A stretch of DNA of 64,000 nucleotides from Auanema rhodensis (Eukaryota > Animalia > Nematoda), in the NCBI GenBank assembly GCA_964057225.1, contig OZ059899.1:992001-1056000 (forward strand), read 5' to 3'. The stretch's first letter is position 1, and each line of letters begins with the position of its first letter. The notes under the pieces are model-generated. The model had not been told where the DNA came from. It searched no databases and worked only from the letters and a program-made list of their open reading frames with translations. Both the position numbers and the translations under genes were made by a program. Shown one piece after another: positions 1 to 11,120 of this stretch.

Positions 1-12
1 TCAGTTGATATC

Positions 13-79
13 TCGGTGCATTTTTAAGCTAGCGCAAATCTGATAACACAGATCGACGCAGCTTAAAAATCCGCATCGA
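13..79. other. Long imperfect inverted repeat (~67-nt hairpin), one per monomer
   Basis: TCGGTGC(13-19)/GCATCGA(73-79, one G-T); ATTTTTAAGCT(20-30)/AGCTTAAAAAT(60-70) perfect 11 bp; GCG(32-34)/CGC(57-59); ATCTG(38-42)/CAGAT(49-53); loop ATAACA. Confidence 0.85.
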
Positions 80-331
80 ATGCACTATACTACATTGAGA
101 AAAGCTTAATACAAAAATTAGTTATGATCGTTTGAAAAATGATGCATTAGTGTATGTCGAGTTTCCATGTACACTCAACATTGCTTCCAAAAACATTTTG
201 ACAAAAATTTTTTCGAAAAATTTCAAGATAATTTAGCGAAAAGTAGATGTTTTCAGATTCTTTTTTTCAAGGCAAAGACGATGGACAATGTTATTCAACG
301 AAAAAATTAAATCTTCAGGGTAAAAATCGAG

Positions 332-353
332 GATATAAGTGTGAACTTATATC
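332..353. other. Perfect 9-bp inverted repeat with 4-nt loop (GATATAAGT-GTGA-ACTTATATC), one per monomer
   Basis: Read directly. It overlaps a second dyad, ATATCA-GT-TGATAT (349-362). Confidence 0.9.
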
Positions 354-504
354 AGTTGATATCTCGGTGCATTTTCAAGCTAGCGCAAATCTGATAACAC
401 AGATCGACGCAGCTTAAAAATCCGCATCGAATGCACTATACTACATTGAGAAACGCGTAATACAAAATTTAGTTATGATCGTTTGAAAAATGATGCATTA
501 GTGT

Positions 505-532
505 ATGTTGAGTTTCCATGTACACTCAACAT
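505..532. other. Perfect 9-bp inverted repeat with 10-nt loop (ATGTTGAGT-TTCCATGTAC-ACTCAACAT), one per monomer
   Basis: Read directly in monomer 2. The arms are unchanged in nearly all copies. Confidence 0.9.
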
Positions 533-539
533 TGCTTCC

Positions 540-605
540 AAAAACATTTTGACAAAAATTTTTTCGAAAAATTTCAAGATAATTTAGCGAAAAGTAGATG
601 TTTTT
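540..605. other. A/T-tract dyad region: 12-bp palindrome TTTTTCGAAAAA (560-571) bracketed by AAAAACAT (540-547) / ATGTTTTT (598-605)
   Basis: Read directly. The sequence is low complexity, so some symmetry is expected by chance. Confidence 0.7.
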
Positions 606-1299
606 AGATTCCGTTTTTCAAGGCAAAGACGATGGACAATGTTATTCAACGAAAAAATTAATTCTTCAGGGTGAAAATCGAGGATATAAGTGTGAACTTA
701 TATCAGTTGATATCTCGGTGCTTTTTTAAGCTAGCGCAAATCTGATAACACAGATCGACGCAGCTTAAAAATCCGCATCGAATGCACTATACTACATTGA
801 GAAACGCGTAATACAAAATTTAGTTATGATCGTTTGAAAAATGATGCATTAGTGTATGTTGAGTTTCCATGTACACTCAACATTGCTTCCAAAAACATTT
901 TGACAAAAATTTTTTCGAAAAATTTCAAGATAATTTAGCGAAAAGTAGATGTTTTTAGATTCCGTTTTTCAAGGCAAAGACGATGGACAATGTTATTCAA
1001 CGAAAAAATTAATTCTTCAGGGTGAAAATCGAGGATATAAGTGTGAACATATATCAGTTGATATCTCGGTGCATTTTCAAGCTAGCGCAAATCTGATAAC
1101 ACAGATCGACGCAGCTCAAAAATCCGCATCGAATTCACTATACTACATTGAGAAACGCTTAATACAAAAATTAGTTATGATCGTTTGAAAAATGATGCAT
1201 TAGTGTATGTTGAGTTTCCATGTACACTCAACATTGCTTCCAAAAACATTTTGACAAAAATTTTTTCGAAAAATTTCAAAATAATTTAGCAAAAAGTAG

Positions 1300-4107
1300 A
1301 TGTTTTTAGATTCCGTTTTTCAAGGCAAAGACGATGGACAATGTTATTCAACGAAAAAAATAATTCTTCAGGGTGAAAATCGAGGATATAAGTGTGAACT
1401 TATATCAGTTGATATCTCGGTGCATTTTCAAGCTAGCGCAAATCTGATAACACAGATCGACGCAGCTCAAAAATCCGCATCGAATGCACTATACTACATT
1501 GAGAAACGCTTAATACAAAAATTAGTTATGATCGTTTGAAAAATGATGCATTAGTGTATGTTGAGTTTCCATGTACACTCAACATTGCTTCCAAAAACAT
1601 TTTGACAAAAATTTTTTCGAAAAATTTCAAGATAATTTAGCGAAAAGTAGATGTTTTTAGATTCCGTTTTTCAAGGCAAAGACGATGGACAATGTTATTC
1701 AACGAAAAAATTAATTCTTCAGGGTGAAAATCGAGGATATAAGTGTGAACTTATATCAGTTGATATCTCGGTGCATTTTCAAGCTAGCGCAAATCTGATA
1801 ACACAGATCGACGCAGCTCAAAAATCCGCATCGAATGCACTATACTACATTGAGAAACGCTTAATACAAAAATTAGTTATGATCGTTTGAAAAATGATGC
1901 ATTAGTGTATGTTGAGTTTCCATGTACACTCAACATTGCTTCCAAAAACATTTTGACAAAAATTTTTTCGAAAAATTTCAAAATAATTTAGCAAAAAGTA
2001 GATGTTTTTAGATTCCGTTTTTCAAGGCAAAGACGATGGACAATGTTATTCAACGAAAAAAATAATTCTTCAGGGTGAAAATCGAGGATATAAGTGTGAA
2101 CTTATATCAGTTGATATCTCGGTGCTTTTTTAAGCTAGCGCAAATCTGATAACACAGATCGACGCAGCTTGAAAATCCGCATCGAATGCACTATACTACA
2201 TTGAGAAACGCTTAATACAAAAATTAGTTATGATCGTTTGAAAAATGATGCATTAGTGTATGTTGAGTTTCCATGTACACTCAACATTGCTTCCAAAAAC
2301 ATTTTGACAAAAATTTTTTCGAAAAATTTCAAGATAATTTAGCGAAAAGTAGATGTTTTTAGATTCCGTTTTTCAAGGCAAAGACGATGGACAATGTTAT
2401 TCAACGAAAAAAATAATTCTTCAGGGTGAAAATCGAGGATATATGTGTGAACTCATATCAGTTGATATCTCGGTGCATTTTTAAGCTAGCGCAAATCTGA
2501 TAACACAGATCGACGCAGCTCAACAATCCGCATCGAATGCACTATACTACATTGAGAAACGCTTAATACAAAAATTAGTTATGATCGTTTGAAAAATGAT
2601 GCATTAGTGTATGTTGAGTTTCCATGTACACTCAACATTGCTTCCAAAAACATTTTGACAAAAATTTTTTCGAAAAATTTCAAAATAATTTAGCAAAAAG
2701 TAGATGTTTTTAGATTCCGTTTTTCAAGGCAAAGACGATGGACAATGTTATTCAACGAAAAAAATAATTCTTCAGGGTGAAAATCGAGGATATAAGTGTG
2801 AACTTATATCAGTTGATATCTCGGTGCATTTTCAAGCTAGCGCAAATCTGATAACACAGATCGACGCAGCTCAAAAATCCGCATCGAATGCACTATACTA
2901 CATTGAGAAACGCTTAATACAAAAATTAGTTATGATCGTTTGAAAAATGATGCATTAGTGTATGTTGAGTTTCCATGTACACTCAACATTGCTTCCAAAA
3001 ACATTTTGACAAAAATTTTTTCGAAAAATTTCAAGATAATTTAGCGAAAAGTAGATGTTTTTAGATTCCGTTTTTCAAGGCAAAGACGATGGACAATGTT
3101 ATTCAACGAAAAAATTAATTCTTCAGGGTGAAAATCGAGGATATAAGTGTGAACTTATATCAGTTGATATCTCGGTGCATTTTCAAGCTAGCGCAAATCT
3201 GATAACACAGATCGACGCAGCTCAAAAATCCGCATCGAATGCACTATACTACATTGAGCAACGCTTAATACAAAAATTAGTTATGATCGTTTGAAAAATG
3301 ATGCATTAGTGTATGTTGAGTTTCCATGTACACTCAACATTGCTTCCAAAAACATTTTGACAAAAATTTTTTCGAAAAATTTCAAAATAATTTAGCAAAA
3401 AGTAGATGTTTTTAGATTCCGTTTTTCAAGGCAAAGACGATGGACAATGTTATTCAACGAAAAAAATAATTCTTCAGGGTGAAAATCGAGGATATAAGTG
3501 TGAACTTATATCAGTTGATATCTCGGTGCTTTTTTAAGCTAGCGCAAATCTGATAACACAGATCGACGCAGCTTGAAAATCCGCATCGAATGCACTATAC
3601 TACATTGAGAAACGCTTAATACAAAAATTAGTTATGATCGTTTGAAAAATGATGCATTAGTGTATGTTGAGTTTCCATGTACACTCAACATTGCTTCCAA
3701 AAACATTTTGACAAAAATTTTTTCGAAAAATTTCAAGATAATTTAGCGAAAAGTAGATGTTTTTAGATTCCGTTTTTCAAGGCAAAGACGATGGACAATG
3801 TTATTCAACGAAAAAAATAATTCTTCAGGGTGAAAATCGAGGATATATGTGTGAACTCATATCAGTTGATATCTCGGTGCATTTTTAAGCTAGCGCAAAT
3901 CTGATAACACAGATCGACGCAGCTCAACAATCCGCATCGAATGCACTATACTACATTGAGAAACGCTTAATACAAAAATTAGTTATGATCGTTTGAAAAA
4001 TGATGCATTAGTGTATGTTGAGTTTCCATGTACACTCAACATTGCTTCCAAAAACATTTTGACAAAAATTTTTTCGAAAAATTTAAAAATAATTTAGCAA
4101 AAAGTAG
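1300..4107 (+). repeat. 4-monomer unit (1404 bp) x2
   Basis: The same order of variant monomers (AAAATAATT; consensus; GCTTTTTT+GCTTGAAA; TATATGTGTGAACTCAT+CAACAA) occurs at 1300-2703 and 2704-4107. Confidence 0.85.
1405..1755 (+). repeat. Representative consensus-type 351-bp monomer (arbitrary phase starting TCAGTTGATATC)
   Basis: Hand count of the consensus: 115/351 G+C, 14 CpG, many A4-A6/T4-T6 tracts, and sites GATATC, GCTAGC, ATGCAT, TGTACA and TTCGAA once per unit. Confidence 0.95.
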
Positions 4108-7100
4108 ATGTTTTTAGATTCCTTTTTTCAAGGCGAAGACGATGGACAATGTTATTCAACGAAAAAAATAATTCTTCAGGGTGAAAATCGAGGATATATG
4201 TGTGAACTCATATCAGTTGATATCTCGGTGCTTTTTTAAGCTAGCGCAAATCTGATAACACAGATCGACGCAGCTTGAAAATCCGCATCGAATGCACTAT
4301 ACTACATTGAGAAACGCTTAATACAAAAATTAGTTATGATCGTTTGAAAAATGATGCATTAGTGTATGTTGAGTTTCCATGTACACTCAACATTGCTTCC
4401 AAAAACATTTTGACAAAAATTTTTTCGAAAAATTTCAAGATAATTTAGCGAAAAGTAGATGTTTTTAGATTCCGTTTTTCAAGGCAAAGACGATGGACAA
4501 TGTTATTCAACGAAAAAAATAATTCTTCAGGGTGAAAATCGAGGATATATGTGTGAACTCATATCAGTTGATATCTCGGTGCATTTTTAAGTTAGCGCAA
4601 ATCTGATAACACAGATCGACGCAGCTCAACAATCCGCATCGAATGCACTATACTACATTGAGAAACGCTTAATACAAAAATTAGTTATGATCGTTTGAAA
4701 AATGATGCATTAGTGTATGTTGAGTTTCCATGTACACTCAACATTGCTTCCAAAAACATTTTGACAAAAATTTTTTCGAAAAATTTAAAAATAATTTAGC
4801 AAAAAGTAGATGTTTTTAGATTCCTTTTTTCAAGGCGAAGACGATGGACAATGTTATTCAACGAAAAAAATAATTCTTCAGGGTGAAAATCGAGGATATA
4901 TGTGTGAACTCATATCAGTTGATATCTCGGTGCTTTTTTAAGCTAGCGCAAATCTGATAACACAGATCGACGCAGCTCAAAAATCCGCATCGAATGCACT
5001 ATACTACATTGAGAAACGCTCAATACAAAAATTAGTTATGATCGTTTGAAAAATGATGCATTAGTGTATGTTGAGTTTCCATGTACACTCAACATTGCTT
5101 CCAAAAACATTTTGACAAAAATTTTTTCGAAAAATTTCAAGATAATTTAGCGAAAAGTAGATGTTTTTAGATTCCGTTTTTCAAGGCAAAGACGATGGAC
5201 GATGTTATTCAACGAAAAAATTAATTCTTCAGGGTGAAAATCGAGGATATAAGTGTGAACTTATATCAGTTGATATCTCGGTGCATTTTCAAGCTAGCGC
5301 AAATCTGATAACACAGATCGACGCAGCTCAAAAATCCGCATCGAATGCACTATACTACATTGAGAAACGCTTAATACAAAAATTAGTTATGATCGTTTGA
5401 AAAATGATGCATTAGTGTATGTTGAGTTTCCATGTACACTCAACATTGCTTCCAAAAACATTTTGACAAAAATTTTTTCGAAAAATTTCAAAATAATTTA
5501 GCAAAAAGTAGATGTTTTTAGATTCCGTTTTTCAAGGCAAAGACGATGGACAATGTTATTCAACGAAAAAAATAATTCTTCAGGGTGAAAATCGAGGATA
5601 TAAGTGTGAACTTATATCAGTTGATATCTCGGTGCTTTTTTAAGCTAGCGCAAATCTGATAACACAGATCGACGCAGCTTAAAAATCCGCATCGAATGCA
5701 CTATACTACATTGAGAAACGCTTAATACAAAAAATAGTTATGATCGTTTGAAAAATGATGCATTAGTGTATGTTGAGTTTCCATGTACACTCAACATTGC
5801 TTCCAAAAACATTTTGACAAAAATTTTTTCGAAAAATTTCAAGATAATTTAGCGAAAAGTAGATGTTTTTAGATTCCGTTTTTCAAGGCAAAGACGATGG
5901 ACAATGTTATTCAACGAAAAAAATAATTCTTCAGGGTGAAAATCGAGGATATAAGTGTGAACTTATATCAGTTGATATCTCGGTGCTTTTTTAAGCTAGC
6001 GCAAATCTGATAACACAGATCGACGCAGCTCAAAAATCCGCATCGAATGCACTATACTACATTGAGAAACGCTTAATACAAAAATTAGTTATGATTGTTT
6101 GAAAAATGATGCATTAGTGTATGTTGAGTTTCCATGTACACTCAACATTGCTTCCAAAAACATTTTGACAAAAATTTTTTCGAAAAATTTCAAGATAATT
6201 TAGCGAAAAGTAGATGTTTTTAGATTCCGTTTTTCAAGGCAAAGACGATGGACAATGTTATTCGACGAAAAAATTAATTCTTCAGGGTGAAAATCGAGGA
6301 TATAAGTGTGAACTTATATCAGTTGATATCTCGGTGCATTTTCAAGCTAGCGCAAATCTGATAACACAGATCGACGCAGCTCAAAAATCCGCATCGAATG
6401 CACTATACTACATTGAGAAACGCTTAATACAAAAATTAGTTATGATCGTTTGAAAAATGATGCATTAGTGTATGTTGAGTTTCCATGTACACTCAACATT
6501 GCTTCCAAAAACATTTTGACAAAAATTTTTTCGAAAAATTTCAAAATAATTTAGCAAAAAGTAGATGTTTTTAGATTCCGTTTTTCAAGGCAAAGACGAT
6601 GGACAATGTTATTCGACGAAAAAATTAATTCTTCAGGGTGAAAATCGAGGATATAAGTGTGAACTTATATCAGTTGATATCTCGGTGCATTTTCAAGCTA
6701 GCGCAAATCTGATAAAACAGATCGACGCAGCTCAAAAATCCGCATCGAATGCACTATACTACATTGAGAAACGCTTAATACAAAAATTAGTTATGATCGT
6801 TTGAAAAATGATGCATTAGTGTATGTTGAGTTTCCATGTACACTCAACATTGCTTCCAAAAACATTTTGACAAAAATTTTTTCGAAAAATTTCAAAATAA
6901 TTTAGCAAAAAGTAGATGTTTTTAGATTCCGTTTTTCAAGGCAAAGACGATGGACAATGTTATTCAACGAAAAAAATAATTCTTCAGGGTGAAAATCGAG
7001 GATATAAGTGTGAACTTATATCAGTTGATATCTCGGTGCTTTTTTAAGCTAGCGCAAATCTGATAACACAGATCGACGCAGCTTAAAAATCCGCATCGAA

Positions 7101-8064
7101 TGCACTATACTACATTGAGAAACGCTTAATACAAAAATTAGTTATGATCGTTTGAAAAATGATGCATTAGTGTATGTTGAGTTTCCATGTACACTCAACA
7201 TTGCTTCCAAAAACATTTTGACAAAAATTTTTTCGAAAAATTTCAAGATAATTTAGCGAAAAGTAGATGTTTTTAGATTTCGTTTTTCAAGGCAAAGACG
7301 ATGGACAATGTTATTCAACGAAAAAAATAATTCTTCAGGGTGAAAATCGAGGATATAAGTGTGAACTTATATCAGTTGATATCTCGGTGCTTTTTTAAGC
7401 TAGCGCAAATCTGATAACACAGATCGACGCAGCTTAAAAATCCGCATCGAATGCACTATACTACATTGAGAAACGCTTAATACAAAATTTAGTTATGATC
7501 GTTTGAAAAATGATGCATTAGTGTATGTTGAGTTTCCATGTACACTCAACATTGCTTCCAAAAACATTTTGACAAAAATTTTTTCGAAAAATTTCAAAAT
7601 AATTTAGCAAAAAGTAGATGTTTTTAGATTCCGTTTTTCAAAGCAAAGACGATGGACAATGTTATTCAACGAAAAAAATAATTCTTCAGGGTGAAAATCG
7701 AGGATATAAGTGTGAACTTATATCAGTTGATATCTCGGTGCTTTTTTAAGCTAGCGCAAATCTGATAACACAGATCGACGCAGCTCAAAAATCCGCATCG
7801 AATGCACTATACTACATTGAGAAACGCTCAATACAAAAATTAGTTATGATCGTTTGAAAAATGATGCATTAGTGTATGTTGAGTTTCCATGTACACTCAA
7901 CATTGCTTCCAAAAACATTTTGACAAAAATTTTTTCGAAAAATTTCAAAATAATTTAGCAAAAAGTAGATGTTTTTAGATTCCGTTTTTCAAAGCAAAGA
8001 CGATGGACAATGTTATTCAACGAAAAAAATAATTCTTCAGGGTGAAAATCGAGGATATAAGTGT

Positions 8065-8087
8065 GAACTTATATCAGAACTTTATCA
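8065..8087 (+). other. 11-bp insertion: imperfect tandem duplication GAACTTATATCA-GAACTTTATCA, giving a 362-bp monomer
   Basis: Read directly. Phase shift 6565 to 11139 = 13 x 351 + 11. Confidence 0.95.
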
Positions 8088-8309
8088 GTTGATATCTCGG
8101 TGCTTTTTTAAGCTAGCGCAAATCTGATAACACAGATCGACGCAGCTCAAAAATCCGCATCGAATGCACTATACTACATTGAGAAACGCTCAATACAAAA
8201 ATTAGTTATGATCGTTTGAAAAATGATGCATTAGTGTATGTTGAGTTTCCATGTACACTCAACATTGCTTCCAAAAACATTTTGACAAAAATTTTTTCGA
8301 AAAATTTCA

Positions 8310-11120
8310 AAATATTTTAGCAAAAAGTAGATGTTTTTAGATTCCGTTTTTCAAAGCAAAGACGATGGACAATGTTATTCAACGAAAAAAATAATTCTTC
8401 AGGGTGAAAATCGAGGATATAAGTGTGAACTTATATCAGTTGATATCTCGGTGCATTTTTAAGCTAGCGCAAATCTGATAACACAGATCGACGCAGCTCA
8501 AAAATCCGCATTGAATGCACTATACTACATTGAGAAACGCTCAATACAAAAATTAGTTATGATCGTTTGAAAAATGATGCATTAGTGTATGTTGAGTTTC
8601 CATGTACACTCAACATTGCTTCCAAAAACATTTTGACAAAAATTTTTTCGAAAAATTTAAAAATAATTTAGCAAAAAGTAGATGTTTTTAGATTCCTTTT
8701 TTCAAGGCGAAGACGATGGACAATGTTATTCAACGAAAAAAATAATTCTTCAGGGTGAAAATCGAGGATATAAGTGTGAACTTATATCAGTTGATATCTC
8801 GGTGCATTTTTAAGCTAGCGCAAATCTGATAACACAGATCGACGCAGCTTAAAAATCCGCATCGAATGCACTATACTTAATTGAGAAACGCTTAATACAA
8901 AATTTAGTTATGATCGTTTGAAAAATGATGCATTAGTGTATGTTGAGTTTCCATGTACACTCAACATTGCTTCCAAAAACATTTTGACAAAAATTTTTTC
9001 GAAAAATTTCAAAATATTTTAGCAAAAAGTAGATGTTTTTAGATTCCGTTTTTCAAAGCAAAGACGATGGACAATGTTATTCAACGAAAAAAATAATTCT
9101 TCAGGGTGAAAATCGAGGATATAAGTGTGAACTTATATCAGTTGATATCTCGGTGCATTTTTAAGCTAGCGCAAATCTGATAACACAGATCGACGCAGCT
9201 CAAAAATCCGCATTGAATGCACTATACTACATTGAGAAACGCTCAATACAAAAATTAGTTATGATCGTTTGAAAAATGATGCATTAGTGTATGTTGAGTT
9301 TCCATGTACACTCAACATTGCTTCCAAAAACATTTTGACAAAAATTTTTTCGAAAAATTTCAAAATAATTTAGCAAAAAGTAGATGTTTTTAGATTCCGT
9401 TTTTCAAAGCAAAGACGATGGACAATGTTATTCAACGAAAAAAATAATTCTTCAGGGTGAAAATCGAGGATATAAGTGTGAACTTATATCAGTTGATATC
9501 TCGGTGCATTTTTAAGCTAGCGCAAATCTGATAACACAGATCGACGCAGCTTAAAAATCCGCATCGAATGCACTATACTTAATTGAGAAACGCTTAATAC
9601 AAAATTTAGTTATGATCGTTTGAAAAATGATGCATTAGTGTATGTTGAGTTTCCATGTACACTCAACATTGCTTCCAAAAACATTTTGACAAAAATTTTT
9701 TCGAAAAATTTCAAAATATTTTAGCAAAAAGTAGATGTTTTTAGATTCCGTTTTTCAAAGCAAAGACGATGGACAATGTTATTCAACGAAAAAAATAATT
9801 CTTCAGGGTGAAAATCGAGGATATAAGTGTGAACTTATATCAGTTGATATCTCGGTGCATTTTTAAGCTAGCGCAAATCTGATAACACAGATCGACGCAG
9901 CTCAAAAATCCGCATTGAATGCACTATACTACATTGAGAAACGCTCAATACAAAAATTAGTTATGATCGTTTGAAAAATGATGCATTAGTGTATGTTGAG
10001 TTTCCATGTACACTCAACATTGCTTCCAAAAACATTTTGACAAAAATTTTTTCGAAAAATTTCAAAATAATTTAGCAAAAAGTAGATGTTTTTAGATTCC
10101 TTTTTTCAAGGCGAAGACGATGAACAATGTTATTCAACGAAAAAAATAATTCTTCAGGGTGAAAATCGAGGATATAAGTGTGAACTTATATCAGTTGATA
10201 TCTCGGTGCATTTTTAAGCTAGCGCAAATCTGATAACACAGATCGACGCAGCTTAAAAATCCGCATCGAATGCACTATACTTAATTGAGAAACGCTTAAT
10301 ACAAAATTTAGTTATGATCGTTTGAAAAATGATGCATTAGTGTATGTTGAGTTTCCATGTACACTCAACATTGCTTCCAAAAACATTTTGACAAAAATTT
10401 TTTCGAAAAATTTCAAAATATTTTAGCAAAAAGTAGATGTTTTTAGATTCCGTTTTTCAAAGCAAAGACGATGGACAATGTTATTCAACGAAAAAAATAA
10501 TTCTTCAGGGTGAAAATCGAGGATATAAGTGTGAACTTATATCAGTTGATATCTCGGTGCATTTTTAAGCTAGCGCAAATCTGATAACACAGATCGACGC
10601 AGCTCAAAAATCCGCATTGAATGCACTATACTACATTGAGAAACGCTCAATACAAAAATTAGTTATGATCGTTTGAAAAATGATGCATTAGTGTATGTTG
10701 AGTTTCCATGTACACTCAACATTGCTTCCAAAAACATTTTGACAAAAATTTTTTCGAAAAATTTAAAAATAATTTAGCAAAAAGTAGATGTTTTTAGATT
10801 CCTTTTTTCAAGGCGAAGACGATGGACAATGTTATTCAACGAAAAAAATAATTCTTCAGGGTGAAAATCGAGGATATAAGTGTGAACTTATATCAGTTGA
10901 TATCTCGGTGCACTTTTAAGCTAGCGCAAATCTGATAACACAGATCGACGCAGCTTAAAAATCCGCATCGAATGCACTATACTTAATTGAGAAACGCTTA
11001 ATACAAAATTTAGTTATGATCGTTTGAAAAATGATGCATTAGTGTATGTTGAGTTTCCATGTACACTCAACATTGCTTCCAAAAACATTTTGACAAAAAG
11101 TTTTTCGAAAAATTTCAAAA
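8310..11120 (+). repeat. Dimer unit (702 bp) x4
   Basis: AATATTTTAG at ~8311, 9013, 9715, 10417 alternates with TACTTAATTG at ~8875, 9577, 10279, 10981. Confidence 0.9.

Noticed and set aside
287-303. CENP-B-box-like motif on the minus strand (TTTCGTTGAA...)
   Set aside because: It matches only the TTCG...A half of NTTCGNNNNANNCGGGN; the essential CGGG is absent.
312-318. Minus-strand CTGAAGA matching the hammerhead CUGANGA box
   Set aside because: I could not build convincing stems I-III or a suitably placed GAAA around it. The + strand CTGATAA (40-46) lacks the conserved G.
1-351. 5S rRNA, tRNA, snRNA or spliced-leader tandem gene unit
   Set aside because: I recognise no cloverleaf, 5S, U-snRNA or SL sequence by eye. 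An Rfam cmscan would be the decisive test.
1-351. Monomer as an ancient dimer of ~175-bp subunits
   Set aside because: Only short shared words (TTTCAAG, GAAAA, TAGCG) are visible, with no collinear similarity between halves.
247-597. Giant repetitive protein (351 = 117 codons), including under a ciliate-type code where CAA/TAA would be synonymous
   Set aside because: Two fixed in-frame TGA codons remain per unit in the 79-aa frame, the 63-aa frame also has TGA, and the +11, +2 and -1 indels break the frame.
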